Assembly: GCA_966211755.1 (NCBI GenBank)
Contig: CBIHOH010000006.1
Coordinates: 24,534-88,533, forward strand
Source: an uncultured Rhizobacter sp.
Lineage (GTDB): Bacteria > Pseudomonadota > Gammaproteobacteria > Burkholderiales > Burkholderiaceae_C
Direction of reading: 5' to 3'
Length of the DNA: 64,000 bases
Under the pieces are notes generated by a model. The model made no database searches, was not told the origin of the DNA, and worked only from the letters and a program-made list of their open reading frames with translations. Below are positions 1-8,955 of this stretch, piece by piece (position 1 is the stretch's first letter; each line of letters starts with the position of its first letter). The translations under genes were made by a program, and so were the position numbers.

Positions 1-2019
1 AGGCAGGGCGTGGAAGTTCATGTCTCGAGACTTGACGACACTCCCTTCCTTTTTGTACGGGTGCACCTCGTCTTCCACTACCAACGACAACGAGTTGCCG
101 ACGCTCCACAATGCCCGCTCCAGGCTGGGTACACCCCAGCCGCAGTGGCGAATCAACGTGGCGTACTCCTGCTTGGTGCGCCGGGCGCCGTTCGGCGGGT
201 ACATCTGCAGCATCGGCTCGGTCCACTCCGCCGAGGTCACGATCAATGCGCGGACCGTCTCCGGCCGCAGCGCCGGGTAGGCCGCCATGATCTGGGCCGC
301 CATTCGCGAGCACAGTGCCGACGCGGCGCTGGTGGCATTGGTGGTCCAGAAGACCCGGGTCAGGGGACGGTTGTTCGTGGTGAGCAATTCGAGGCTGGCG
401 AAGGTGTCAGTATTCACGCCGTCGGTGGCAGCATTGCCGCCTTCGAACACGACGTCGGGCTTGAGCGGCCAGGCGCGCTCATTCCATCCGAACGAGCTTG
501 ACGTGAACGGGCTCAGCGCTCCGCTCGTCGCGACGGGAATGAAGTGCGCGGCCCCTGGCTCGGTGACGGCGGTCTTCTCGGTGAAGGCGCCGACCGTCAG
601 CGCGTTCCAGGACTGACCGGGGTCGTGGACCAGGTTGAGCGACAGGCTGTTGGGGTACTGGGCCCAGTGTGCTCGGTCATGCGTGTTCCCTGCCGACAGC
701 ACAAAGAGGCGAGGAAAGGAGCCCTCGCCAATGTCGTCGGACGCCAGCGAATCGACGGTCGACGACCATGCCGATGGGCGCCCGAAATCCCGGTAGTCGG
801 AGGCCGTCACGGCTGATGAGAAGACGCGCCTTCTTTGACCGAACTGCGCTTCAGGTATGGTGACAGCGTCCAGGAACAGGCGCGCGTGGTGCTTGTCGTC
901 ACCCACGTTTGCGTCTTGGTTTGGCGTCAGCTTGACGGACTCGATGCGATGAGAAACAGCGATCGCGCTGGCCGATGCCAGCGCGGAATGCAGGTCACCG
1001 TAGCCAACCAAGCCGGCCAGTCCGGTGCCATGGTTCGCGATGTCGTCCGTCCCCCACGCCGCATTGACGGTGTGCAGGTCGGCGGGGTCCATTAGCGGCT
1101 GCAGCAGCGGGTGGCTGCGATTGACGCCCGAGTCGAGCAGGCAGACGCGCGGGACTTCGTCGCCCGTACCAGGCGGCTGAAGCCGGGCCATCAGATCGGC
1201 ACTCCACTGTTGCTGTTCGGCGGCGCCCATGCCAACGAAGAACTCTGCGGTGTCTTTTGCTCGCCGCAGCTCAGCCACGCAGTTGAGCGCCATCACACAC
1301 TGGGAAAGCTGCTGCTGCGATCCGTACATGACGACCACAGATCGCTCGGGAAAGTCGACCACTGCGTCACTGACTTGGCACTGAGACATCGCTGCCAAAC
1401 GACGGAAGTCATCGACGGCGGACACGTCAGCATCCCTGCCGCGCCGCACCCAAACCTCCCACCAGAACGCCTCTTCGGGATTGGCGGGCAGCAAGTCGGG
1501 CGCGTCAGTCCACAGGCCCTGGATAGCAGCCGCCCGAATGCTGCCGATAGTGTTCAGTAGCCTCTTGTTGTCTCTGGCGTTGCCGTTGCGGTCTGTCTTC
1601 TCTTCGAGATACTCCGTGACTAGACGTTCGAAGTGCTGAAGCTGACCGTCGGGCACGAACACGTTGGCGAGAACGGTCTTATTGTCGCGCTCTTGTACGC
1701 TGAGCAGCTCGATGCCCTTGCCCTTGCCTTCCGCGGCCAGGCGCTCGAACGCCAAGTCGGCGTCCGGTCTGGAGAGAAACTGGATTTGGAGGCCAAGGCC
1801 AGATTCGAGTCCGATCTCCTCCTGGCGCTGACGTGCCGCGTCGGCTAACGGCTTCAAAGTCTGCAGTTGTCCACGCAGGGCAGCGCCATGTTGTGCTCGA
1901 TCGAGCTGCGGCAGTACCGCCTTCTTGCCACCCCTTGGCGAATGAGCCGTGAAGGGCTTCGCCTCGGACGTGTTCTGCAGTACGAAATGCGGTTGCTTAT
2001 CGGGTATTTGGTCCGGCAT
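1..2019 (-). CDS. S8 (subtilase) family serine peptidase, IetS-like; 3' end runs off the window
   Basis: Not in ORF track (no stop in window). Hand translation from ATG 2019 gives MPDQIPDKQPHFVLQ; triad motifs VCLLDSGV (Asp), NHGTGLAG (His), TNATSAA (Ser) and oxyanion SAGN; overlaps the end of the upstream AAA ATPase. Confidence 0.9.
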   Translation of the reverse strand, partial: MPDQIPDKQPHFVLQNTSEAKPFTAHSPRGGKKAVLPQLDRAQHGAALRGQLQTLKPLADAARQRQEEIGLESGLGLQIQFLSRPDADLAFERLAAEGKGKGIELLSVQERDNKTVLANVFVPDGQLQHFERLVTEYLEEKTDRNGNARDNKRLLNTIGSIRAAAIQGLWTDAPDLLPANPEEAFWWEVWVRRGRDADVSAVDDFRRLAAMSQCQVSDAVVDFPERSVVVMYGSQQQLSQCVMALNCVAELRRAKDTAEFFVGMGAAEQQQWSADLMARLQPPGTGDEVPRVCLLDSGVNRSHPLLQPLMDPADLHTVNAAWGTDDIANHGTGLAGLVGYGDLHSALASASAIAVSHRIESVKLTPNQDANVGDDKHHARLFLDAVTIPEAQFGQRRRVFSSAVTASDYRDFGRPSAWSSTVDSLASDDIGEGSFPRLFVLSAGNTHDRAHWAQYPNSLSLNLVHDPGQSWNALTVGAFTEKTAVTEPGAAHFIPVATSGALSPFTSSSFGWNERAWPLKPDVVFEGGNAATDGVNTDTFASLELLTTNNRPLTRVFWTTNATSAASALCSRMAAQIMAAYPALRPETVRALIVTSAEWTEPMLQMYPPNGARRTKQEYATLIRHCGWGVPSLERALWSVGNSLSLVVEDEVHPYKKEGSVVKSRDMNFHALP

Positions 2020-3037
2020 GGTTCGGCGCGTGCATACTGTTCTTTGCGAGCTTCGCATTGATGAAGCGGCGTTCCTCTAACGCACGTCCCAGCTCAGCTC
2101 GTTGCACTTTCGTCTGGTCATGCATGATCGCATCCTTGATGGAAGCGTCTACCGCACGACATATCTCTGCGTAGCTCAAGCCCTCGGCTTGCTCAACCAA
2201 GCCATCCTTCTTGAAAGGCTTGGGAGCGAATTGGCCGAGACGAGAGCGAATTAGTGCCAGTGCCTGTTCGGACGTGGGTAGGTGGTACTCCACCACGTCA
2301 TCAAATCGCCTGAACAGCGCGTAATCGAGAACTTCGGGGTGGTTGGTTGCCGCAATGATCAAGCTATTCGACTGATCGTTTTCGATCATCTGCAGAAAAC
2401 TGTTCAGGACACGACGAATCTCGCCCACGTCGTTGGCTAGTCCCCGCTGCGATCCAATGGCGTCAAACTCGTCGAAAAAGTAAACCCCCCGGATATCGGT
2501 TATCGCGTCGAAAACCTGTCGCAGCTTCGCGGCGGTTTCGCCCATGAACTTGGTAATCAGGGAATCGAGTCGGACCAGAAAGAGTGGGATACCAAGTTCG
2601 CCGGCCAAGGCGGCGGCGGTCATGGTCTTGCCTGTACCCGGCGGCCCCACAAGCAACAGCTTGCGGCGCGGTGAGAGCCCATGCTCTTTGATCCGCGCCA
2701 GTTGCCGCTGCTCCTTGACCACCCGCTGAAGCTGGTTTGAAGCCACTTCGTCGAGGACCATGTCCCCCAGCCGGTTCGCCGGGTGGCTCACCGTCAGCAG
2801 GTTCGCTAGTTCCCCGCGAGGCTTGGTAACACTTCCGATGGCAACGAGCTTGCCCGTCGCGTCCTGGCCGATGCGGCTCTTGGCGGCATCGATCATCTGG
2901 CGCAGTTCCTCTGCCAGCTTGCCGTGACCCAGCTTGGCCTCATGCGCTGCGACCTGCATCGCGACAGACAAAAAGTGTCCATCATCGCGACTGATGTGCG
3001 ACTTGATGAGAGCCTTGAGCTGTTCGGAGCTAGCCAC
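1997..3037 (-). CDS. AAA+ ATPase, IetA-like partner of the S8 peptidase
   Basis: Walker A GPPGTGKT, Walker B FFDEFD, SRH ATNHP..LD.ALFRRFD; GTG start. Confidence 0.92.
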   Translation of the reverse strand: MASSEQLKALIKSHISRDDGHFLSVAMQVAAHEAKLGHGKLAEELRQMIDAAKSRIGQDATGKLVAIGSVTKPRGELANLLTVSHPANRLGDMVLDEVASNQLQRVVKEQRQLARIKEHGLSPRRKLLLVGPPGTGKTMTAAALAGELGIPLFLVRLDSLITKFMGETAAKLRQVFDAITDIRGVYFFDEFDAIGSQRGLANDVGEIRRVLNSFLQMIENDQSNSLIIAATNHPEVLDYALFRRFDDVVEYHLPTSEQALALIRSRLGQFAPKPFKKDGLVEQAEGLSYAEICRAVDASIKDAIMHDQTKVQRAELGRALEERRFINAKLAKNSMHAPNHAGPNTR

Positions 3038-3444
3038 GGGGACGCCTGGAATCGTTGAAGTTGGTGTGCGAAAGAATTATCGCTTGATGGTAGTCCCGAT
3101 CTCGCAATTTTGACCCCTGTCGTGAGCTGTCTCCCTGCCCGCCAAGAGTCACCTCATGGAATTCAGCGCCGCGATCCTTCGCGGCAAACAGACGGATCTC
3201 ACCCCAATTCAACCGCTCGAACGGTCAGCGGCAGCTTTGATGCGTCAAGTTCGGCAGTGTGAGTGACAGCAACCGCCGCATACTGGTCGCCCGAGGAGCA
3301 AGCCTGGACTTCCGCTCCGGGTCGCGAACAGCCATTCGCTTGGCAGGCGCCAGTCCGCCTTTGCCCATGCATCCCTAGTGGAGATAGCCAAAATATAGCT
3401 TCGATGACAGGATTAAATCTTACTGCCACGTGCTGGAGACTCTC

Positions 3445-3729
3445 ATGCGCACCACTCAACAATTCAGCATCACCTTGCCCAACGAGATGGCGGATGCGGT
3501 GAAGTCGAAGGTCGCTACCGGTGAGTACGCGACGGAGAGCGAGGTGATTCGTGACGAGCTGCGTGTCTTGATGGCGCGAGATCGTGCCGTCGAAAGCTGG
3601 TTGCGCGGAGAGGTTGCTGAAACCTATGACGCCCTGAAGGCTGACCGCGCGCAGGTGGTGTCCGCCAGCAAGGTGCGGGCGCGGCTGGCGGCTGCGCACG
3701 AAAAGGCCACCGTAGCCGCGAAGGCTTGA
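3445..3729 (+). CDS. ParD-like ribbon-helix-helix antitoxin
   Basis: MRTTQQFSITLP...GEYATESEVIRD pattern; GGAG upstream; directly before a ParE/RelE-like gene. Confidence 0.85.
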   Translation: MRTTQQFSITLPNEMADAVKSKVATGEYATESEVIRDELRVLMARDRAVESWLRGEVAETYDALKADRAQVVSASKVRARLAAAHEKATVAAKA

Positions 3730-3733
3730 AAGG

Positions 3734-4059
3734 GTGGCGAGCTACACCGTAGAGTTTTCGCTCAAGACAGTTAGCCAGATCGAGGCGCTGTACGAGTACA
3801 TCGCGGCCGAGGCTTCGCCGCTCGTGGCCCACAACGCTATACCGAAGCCATCATTGACTACTGCGAGGGGATGCAGACATTCCCGCATCGAGGAACCCTG
3901 CGAGACGATGTTCGCCCAGGCCTTCGCGTCACGAACTACAAGGGCAGCGCGGTGATCGCATTCGCCGTGGGCGATGCGGCCATGGTTGTCTCGATCGTCG
4001 GCGTGTACTACGGTGGCCAGGGCTACGAATCGGTTCTACAGGTTCAGCGGGACGACTGA
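3734..4059 (+). pseudogene. ParE/RelE family toxin, frameshifted near 3830
   Basis: N-half MASYTVEFS...IEALYEYIA and C-half YTEAIIDYCEGMQTFPHRGTLRDDVRPGLRV...VYYGGQ are in different frames; removing one CA from GCCCACAACGC joins them. Confidence 0.8.
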
Positions 4060-4075
4060 CCGAAAGCGCGCGTGA

Positions 4076-4097
4076 TGCCGCCGCTTGAACGGCGGCA
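4076..4097 (+). terminator. hairpin after the parDE-like module
   Basis: TGCCGCCG-cttgaa-CGGCGGCA inverted repeat; no U-tract. Confidence 0.35.
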
Positions 4098-4229
4098 CCC
4101 TGACGGCGCCAAGCGCGTAGCCAAAACGTAGCTACGTTGGGCAGATCGACACCCTTCAACGCCCTGATACGCCCCCCTCATCCCAGGCGTGTGCCCTGTG
4201 GTCCGGGTTGTGATGGATTCGGAAGGCGC

Positions 4230-4274
4230 TTGAAAATCCGCGTGTCGGTGGTTCGATTCCGCCCTTGGCCACCA
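4230..4274 (+). mobile_element. att direct repeat = 3' half of tRNA-Phe(GAA); right boundary of an integrated island
   Basis: TTGAAAATCCGCGTGTCGGTGGTTCGATTCCGCCCTTGGCCACCA: anticodon loop, T-arm and CCA end; no D-arm or 5' acceptor strand upstream. Confidence 0.85.
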
Positions 4275-4284
4275 GATCGTCACA

Positions 4285-4318
4285 AGAAGCCCCGTACAGT
4301 TCGCTGTCCGGGGCTTCT
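4285..4318 (+). terminator. intrinsic terminator, probably the original tRNA terminator
   Basis: AGAAGCCCCG-tACAG-ttcg-CTGT-c-CGGGGCTTCT stem-loop 10 bp after the CCA. Confidence 0.75.
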
Positions 4319-4506
4319 CTGCATTTCAGCCAGCTCTTCTACAAGGAGGCGCTCGTCTTCAGGCAGATCAATCGGTTGTCCTGCCAGTCGCTTCTGCTTC
4401 AGATGGACGTGATCGGTCAGCTGATCACTGGCGTGTACCGTCGGGATGCCGCTCGCACGACTTCCTTTTGCGCCTGAAGCTCGGCGTCTGACGATGGATC
4501 GGCAAG

Positions 4507-5391
4507 TCAATGCTGGCTTGCGAGTCGATTCGCAGCGTCCTGCAGGCCATCGAGGATGCTGTCGGCCACCGACATCGGAAAGCCCTCGGGCAGCGCGGCG
4601 CGCACGGTGGCTATGACCTGGGGGGTGCGTGCGGCAACATCGTCGATCATGACCTGGACCCGCCGGCCACCGTCGGTCACCACGCCGTGGCGCGCACCCA
4701 GCGCCAGCCAGTGTCGACGCAGGATGTCCCGCATCTTCCAGTGCGCATTCTTGGTACGCACTGCCATCGCCATCCTGGCCTTGAAGGGAGAAATCTTCCC
4801 TGGCCCCTCCCCCAACACCGGATAGGCCGACAGCACGTCGTAGAACGGCGTGAGCTGGTAACGCCCGCCAGGCCGCAGGAACAGGCTGAAGTTCTTCGCG
4901 TGGCCGTCGGTGGCGCACAGCATCCAGAAGAGCAGCTGAGCCTTGAAGAAGTCATGCCTGTCCTGCTCGCGCATCGTGGAGCCGTCCAGCACGTCGAGAA
5001 TGCGATCGATACCCGGCCCGCCGTCTGCTTCATACTTCGCTTCGGGCGGCACCCCCGTGGCCTGGCACATGTCCTCCTGCGGCAGCCGAATGAGCCGGCT
5101 GTCCCCCGATGGGTGCTTCCACCAGATGCGGTCAAAGCGCTCGACCACCAAGGCCTTGACGTCCTCGAATTGCATGGGCTGGCAGGCCGCCACGGGCAGC
5201 CCGAACTCTTTCAGGATCAGTGCGCACAGCCACTCGTTCTCCACCGAGTCACGCATGTCCAGCTTCATGCCTCCGATCAATCCGAGGGGCAGCTTGAAGA
5301 TGTGCGTGGTGGGCGTGCCGCCTCGCGGCAGACACCACTGGCCATCGCGCAACAGCAGGGCCGTCTTCTCCTGGGCAACCAGAATACTCAT
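4507..5391 (-). pseudogene. hipA: HipA-family kinase, C-terminal part only (5'-truncated, no hipB)
   Basis: Starts at MSILVAQEKTALL, matching ISIAGAQEKTALL of the intact HipA at 7363; keeps THIFKLP, ENE, QEDMCQA, DGHAKNFS and PFYD. Confidence 0.8.
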
Positions 5392-5778
5392 TTAAAGCTG
5401 TAAATGCAAAAAACAGCTTGTAGTCTGTGCAGTGGCTCGGAACCTGGCATTGGAGCGCGGCAGATCAACAGCCCGCCGGTTCCGCCTTTCCGGGGATGGC
5501 TCTGCCGGCCTTCGTGTGCACATTCGCCACCGGCTCGCCCCCGTAGGTGAAGACGCATTCCGGATGTCTTAGCAGAACGAAGCCTCACGAAGGCAGGCCA
5601 CCACGGGCCAGCAGCACCCGGAGCGATTCGCCCGCTCCCGAAAGCGCTTGTTGTCCCCTTTGAGCTTGCATGGCTCACGTCATGAGCCATGCACCGCCGA
5701 CACTGTGTCGACCCGATTCCGGTCACATGGGCGGGGCGAAGGGCATCGGCCCCAAGCAAACTTTCACGAGGACTTTTT

Positions 5779-6903
5779 ATGAAGATGAGGAATGTTCTGC
5801 ACCTGCTCGCCAGTGGCCTGGCGTGCTGGCTGTACGCCACCCCGGCCATGTCGGCCGGCTGGACCCTGACCGACCTGGGCACCCTGGGGGGCGCCACCAG
5901 CGAGGCCAACGGCCTCAACAACGCGGGCCAGGTGGTGGGCCATGCGGAGGCTGCCGATGGCGCGCGCTACCCGGTGATCTGGAGCGGCGGTGTGGCCAGG
6001 CCGCTCAGCACACGCCAGGGGGGAGCGCTGGCCCTCAGTGCGGGCGGCGTCGCGGCGGGCAACGTGCTGAGCGCCAGCGGCCAGCGGCTCGCCGCCACCC
6101 TGCTGAGCGGCGGCAATGCCTATGACCTGGGAACCTTCGGCGGCAGCTTCAGCTACGCCGTGGCTGTCAATGACAGCGGGCAGGTGGTCGGTTACGCGCG
6201 AACGCCCGATGAGAAGGACCATGCCTTTCTCGCCACGGCGTCCGGCATGGTGGACCTGGGCACCTACGGCGGCCTGTACAGCTATGCCTATGGCCTCAAC
6301 CAGGCCGGGCTTGTCGTGGGCAGCGCTTTCGACGCGTCGGGGACGCCGCGATGTTTCCTGTCCACGGGCGGCGGGCTGATCGATCCGGGCACGCTGGGTG
6401 GCCGCGCCTGCAATGCGCTGGCCGTCAACGACGCGGGGCAGGTCACCGGCAGCAGCGCCACGAGTGCCGGAGTCGGCCACGCCTTCGTGTACGACAGCCG
6501 CGGCATGGTCGACCTGGGCACGCTGGGCGGCAGAAGCAGCGCGGGCCTGGCGATCAACCGGCGCGGCCAGGTGGTGGGTGCGTCGCGCACGGCGGCGAAC
6601 CAGCAGCATGCCTTTTTTCATGACGGCACCCGCATGATCGATCTGGGCACCCTGGACGGCACCAGCAGCACGGCCACGGGCGTCAATGCGTCGGGGCAGG
6701 TGGTCGGCAACTCCACGCTGGCCGACGGGCGCAAGCAACCGTTCCTGTTTGCCAACGGTGTGATGCTCAACGTGAACACCCTGGCGCCGGGCTTGTCGAA
6801 TGTCGAGCCCACCCGCATCTATCTCAACGACGCGGGCCAGATTGCGGGGACCGGCACCATCGGCGGCAAGCAACGCGCCTTCCTGCTCACACCCACGCCT
6901 TGA
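5779..6903 (+). CDS. secreted HAF-family extracellular repeat protein
   Basis: GAGGA RBS; signal peptide ending PAMS-A; about 8 repeats of DLGTLGG..S.A..(L/V/I)N..GQVVG...HAF. Confidence 0.85.
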   Translation: MKMRNVLHLLASGLACWLYATPAMSAGWTLTDLGTLGGATSEANGLNNAGQVVGHAEAADGARYPVIWSGGVARPLSTRQGGALALSAGGVAAGNVLSASGQRLAATLLSGGNAYDLGTFGGSFSYAVAVNDSGQVVGYARTPDEKDHAFLATASGMVDLGTYGGLYSYAYGLNQAGLVVGSAFDASGTPRCFLSTGGGLIDPGTLGGRACNALAVNDAGQVTGSSATSAGVGHAFVYDSRGMVDLGTLGGRSSAGLAINRRGQVVGASRTAANQQHAFFHDGTRMIDLGTLDGTSSTATGVNASGQVVGNSTLADGRKQPFLFANGVMLNVNTLAPGLSNVEPTRIYLNDAGQIAGTGTIGGKQRAFLLTPTP

Positions 6904-6960
6904 GGCACTGCGGGCTAGGTGCTTGGTCCCGGGACATCCGCCAAGACCGGAAGCGCAAGC

Positions 6961-7041
6961 ATGCCTTACGAGGCACATGCCCGTCTTATGACTCATAAGG
7001 CATTTCTTGCAAAAATGCCACGGAAGGCATAAGCTGCGCAG
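6961..7041 (+). promoter_or_regulatory. hipBA promoter with three palindromic operators
   Basis: ATGCC-N6-GGCAT-type sites at 6961, 6988, 7015; TTGCAA(7007)-17bp-TAAGCT(7030). Confidence 0.7.
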
Positions 7042-7353
7042 ATGGATCATCCCATCCAATCCCCCGGCCAGCTCTCCAGCCACCTGCGGGCCCTGCGCAA
7101 GGCGCGCGGCCTGAGCCAGGCGCAGCTGGGTGCCGTGCTGGGCGTCGGGCAGACACGGGTCACGCGCATCGAGCACGATCCGACGGCGATCAGCGTGGAG
7201 CAGTTCCTCGACATCCTCAACGCGCTGGGGGTGCAGATGGTGCTGCGCCCCACCCGCGCCGAGGTCACCGCCGTCGATGTGCCCGGGGCCTCGCGCACTG
7301 CCGCTACCGGCGCGGCGGCAAGGAAACGCAGGCCTTCGGACGAACCCTGGTAG
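7042..7353 (+). CDS. hipB: HipB-like XRE HTH antitoxin
   Basis: LRALRKARGLSQAQLGAVLGVGQTRVTRIE HTH; 9 bp before hipA. Confidence 0.88.
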   Translation: MDHPIQSPGQLSSHLRALRKARGLSQAQLGAVLGVGQTRVTRIEHDPTAISVEQFLDILNALGVQMVLRPTRAEVTAVDVPGASRTAATGAAARKRRPSDEPW

Positions 7354-7362
7354 CGCCTCGCA

Positions 7363-8727
7363 GTGGCCGAACTCCATATCTGGATGAACGGGCTGCCGGT
7401 GGGCGTATGGACCACGCTGCGCACCGGCACACCGGTCCTGCGCTACCACGAGACCTGGGCGCGCTCCGACGAGGGGCGGGCGCTGTCGCTGTCCCTGCCG
7501 TTCACCGCCGGCCTGGAACACCGTGGTGACGCAGTCACCCACTACTTCGACAACCTGCTGCCCGACAGCGCCGACATCCGGCGCCGGCTGCGGCGACGCT
7601 TCCACGCTCGATCGGACGACGCGTTCGGCTTGCTCACGGCCATCGGGCGCGACTGCGCGGGTGCGGTGCAACTGCTGCCGCCGGGAACCGAACCCAAGGG
7701 CTGGGACCGCATCGACGCCGAGCCGCTGAAGGACCGTGACGTCGAGACCATCCTGGCATCGGTCACGTCGGATGCCCCGCTCGGCCAGCGTGATGGAGAC
7801 GATTTCCGCATCTCGATCGCCGGTGCCCAGGAGAAGACGGCGCTCCTGCGCATGGGCGGCAAGTGGTACCGCCCGCAGGGCGCGACGCCGACGACGCACA
7901 TCCTCAAGCTGCCCCTGGGCCTCGTAGGCAACATGCGGGTCGACATGACCGGTTCGGTGGAGAACGAATGGCTGTGCGCCCGGATCATGTCGGCGCTGGG
8001 TATCGAGATGGCCCAGACGGAGATGGCCACCTTCGGAGAGTCGAAGGCACTCGTCGTGACACGCTTCGACCGCCACTGGCAGGGCATCGCCTCCGATGCT
8101 GAGCAGAAGGCCGGGTTCAAGCCGACCGAAGGGACTTGGATTGCACGCTTGCCCCAAGAAGACTTCTGCCAGGCGCTGGGCATCGCACCGGATCGCAAGT
8201 ACCAGTCGGACGGGGGCCCCTCGGTGCAGGACTGTCTGCGGGTGCTCGGCGCGAGCGAATACGCCGCCGAAGACCGGACCCTCTTCGCGTTGGCGCAGCT
8301 CGCCTTTTGGCTGCTGGCGGCCACCGATGGCCACGCCAAGAATTTCTCCCTCCGGCACCGGCGCAAAGGGCGTTTCAGCCTGACGCCGCTCTACGACGTG
8401 CTGTCCGCGTGGCCCATCATCGGGGACGGGCCGAACCTCGTCGCCTACCAGCGCGCCAAGCTGGCCATGGCCATCCACGGCGAACGAAATGCCCACTACC
8501 GGCTGCGCGACATCCAGCTTCGCCACTGGCAGCGCCTGGCCGCCCATTGCGGCCCCGGCGTGTGGAAGCGGATGAAAGCCATGGTCGACAGCGTGGACAG
8601 AGCGCTCGACATCATCGCGAACACGCTGCCGGCAGGTTTTCCGGCGAGAACCTGGGAATCGGTCACCGCCGGCATGCGACGGCATGCCCAGCTGTTCCAG
8701 CGCGCCGTGAAAGCCGCGGGAGCCTGA
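7363..8727 (+). CDS. hipA: HipA family Ser/Thr kinase toxin
   Basis: N-domain LSLSLP..YFDNLLPD..GRDCAGAVQL; SIAGAQEK, THILKLP, DGHAKNFS, PLYD. Confidence 0.93.
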   Translation: MAELHIWMNGLPVGVWTTLRTGTPVLRYHETWARSDEGRALSLSLPFTAGLEHRGDAVTHYFDNLLPDSADIRRRLRRRFHARSDDAFGLLTAIGRDCAGAVQLLPPGTEPKGWDRIDAEPLKDRDVETILASVTSDAPLGQRDGDDFRISIAGAQEKTALLRMGGKWYRPQGATPTTHILKLPLGLVGNMRVDMTGSVENEWLCARIMSALGIEMAQTEMATFGESKALVVTRFDRHWQGIASDAEQKAGFKPTEGTWIARLPQEDFCQALGIAPDRKYQSDGGPSVQDCLRVLGASEYAAEDRTLFALAQLAFWLLAATDGHAKNFSLRHRRKGRFSLTPLYDVLSAWPIIGDGPNLVAYQRAKLAMAIHGERNAHYRLRDIQLRHWQRLAAHCGPGVWKRMKAMVDSVDRALDIIANTLPAGFPARTWESVTAGMRRHAQLFQRAVKAAGA

Positions 8728-8955
8728 GCATGAAGAAAACCCAGGCTTGGACTGACAAGGAGCGCCCCCGACCTCCCCGGGGCTCGCCGGAGCACGGCTA
8801 CCTGTCCATGCCGTTCGCCGGCGACCCCGAGCTGTCGATGCGACTCGGCGCCACCCCGTCGCATCCGCAAAAGACCAGGAGATTCATCAGATGAATGCCA
8901 TGATCCCGACCGCGCACCGCGCAACGTCCCCAGCCCTTCATTCCACCCGGCTCCC

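Noticed and set aside
10..1848. Plus-strand ORFs in the first 2 kb
   Set aside because: Antisense shadows of the minus-strand S8 peptidase.
4200..4274. Complete tRNA-Phe gene
   Set aside because: No 5' acceptor strand or D-arm; only the 3' half is present.
8730..8894. 54-aa ORF right after hipA as a third TA component
   Set aside because: No recognisable motif or RBS; cannot be supported.
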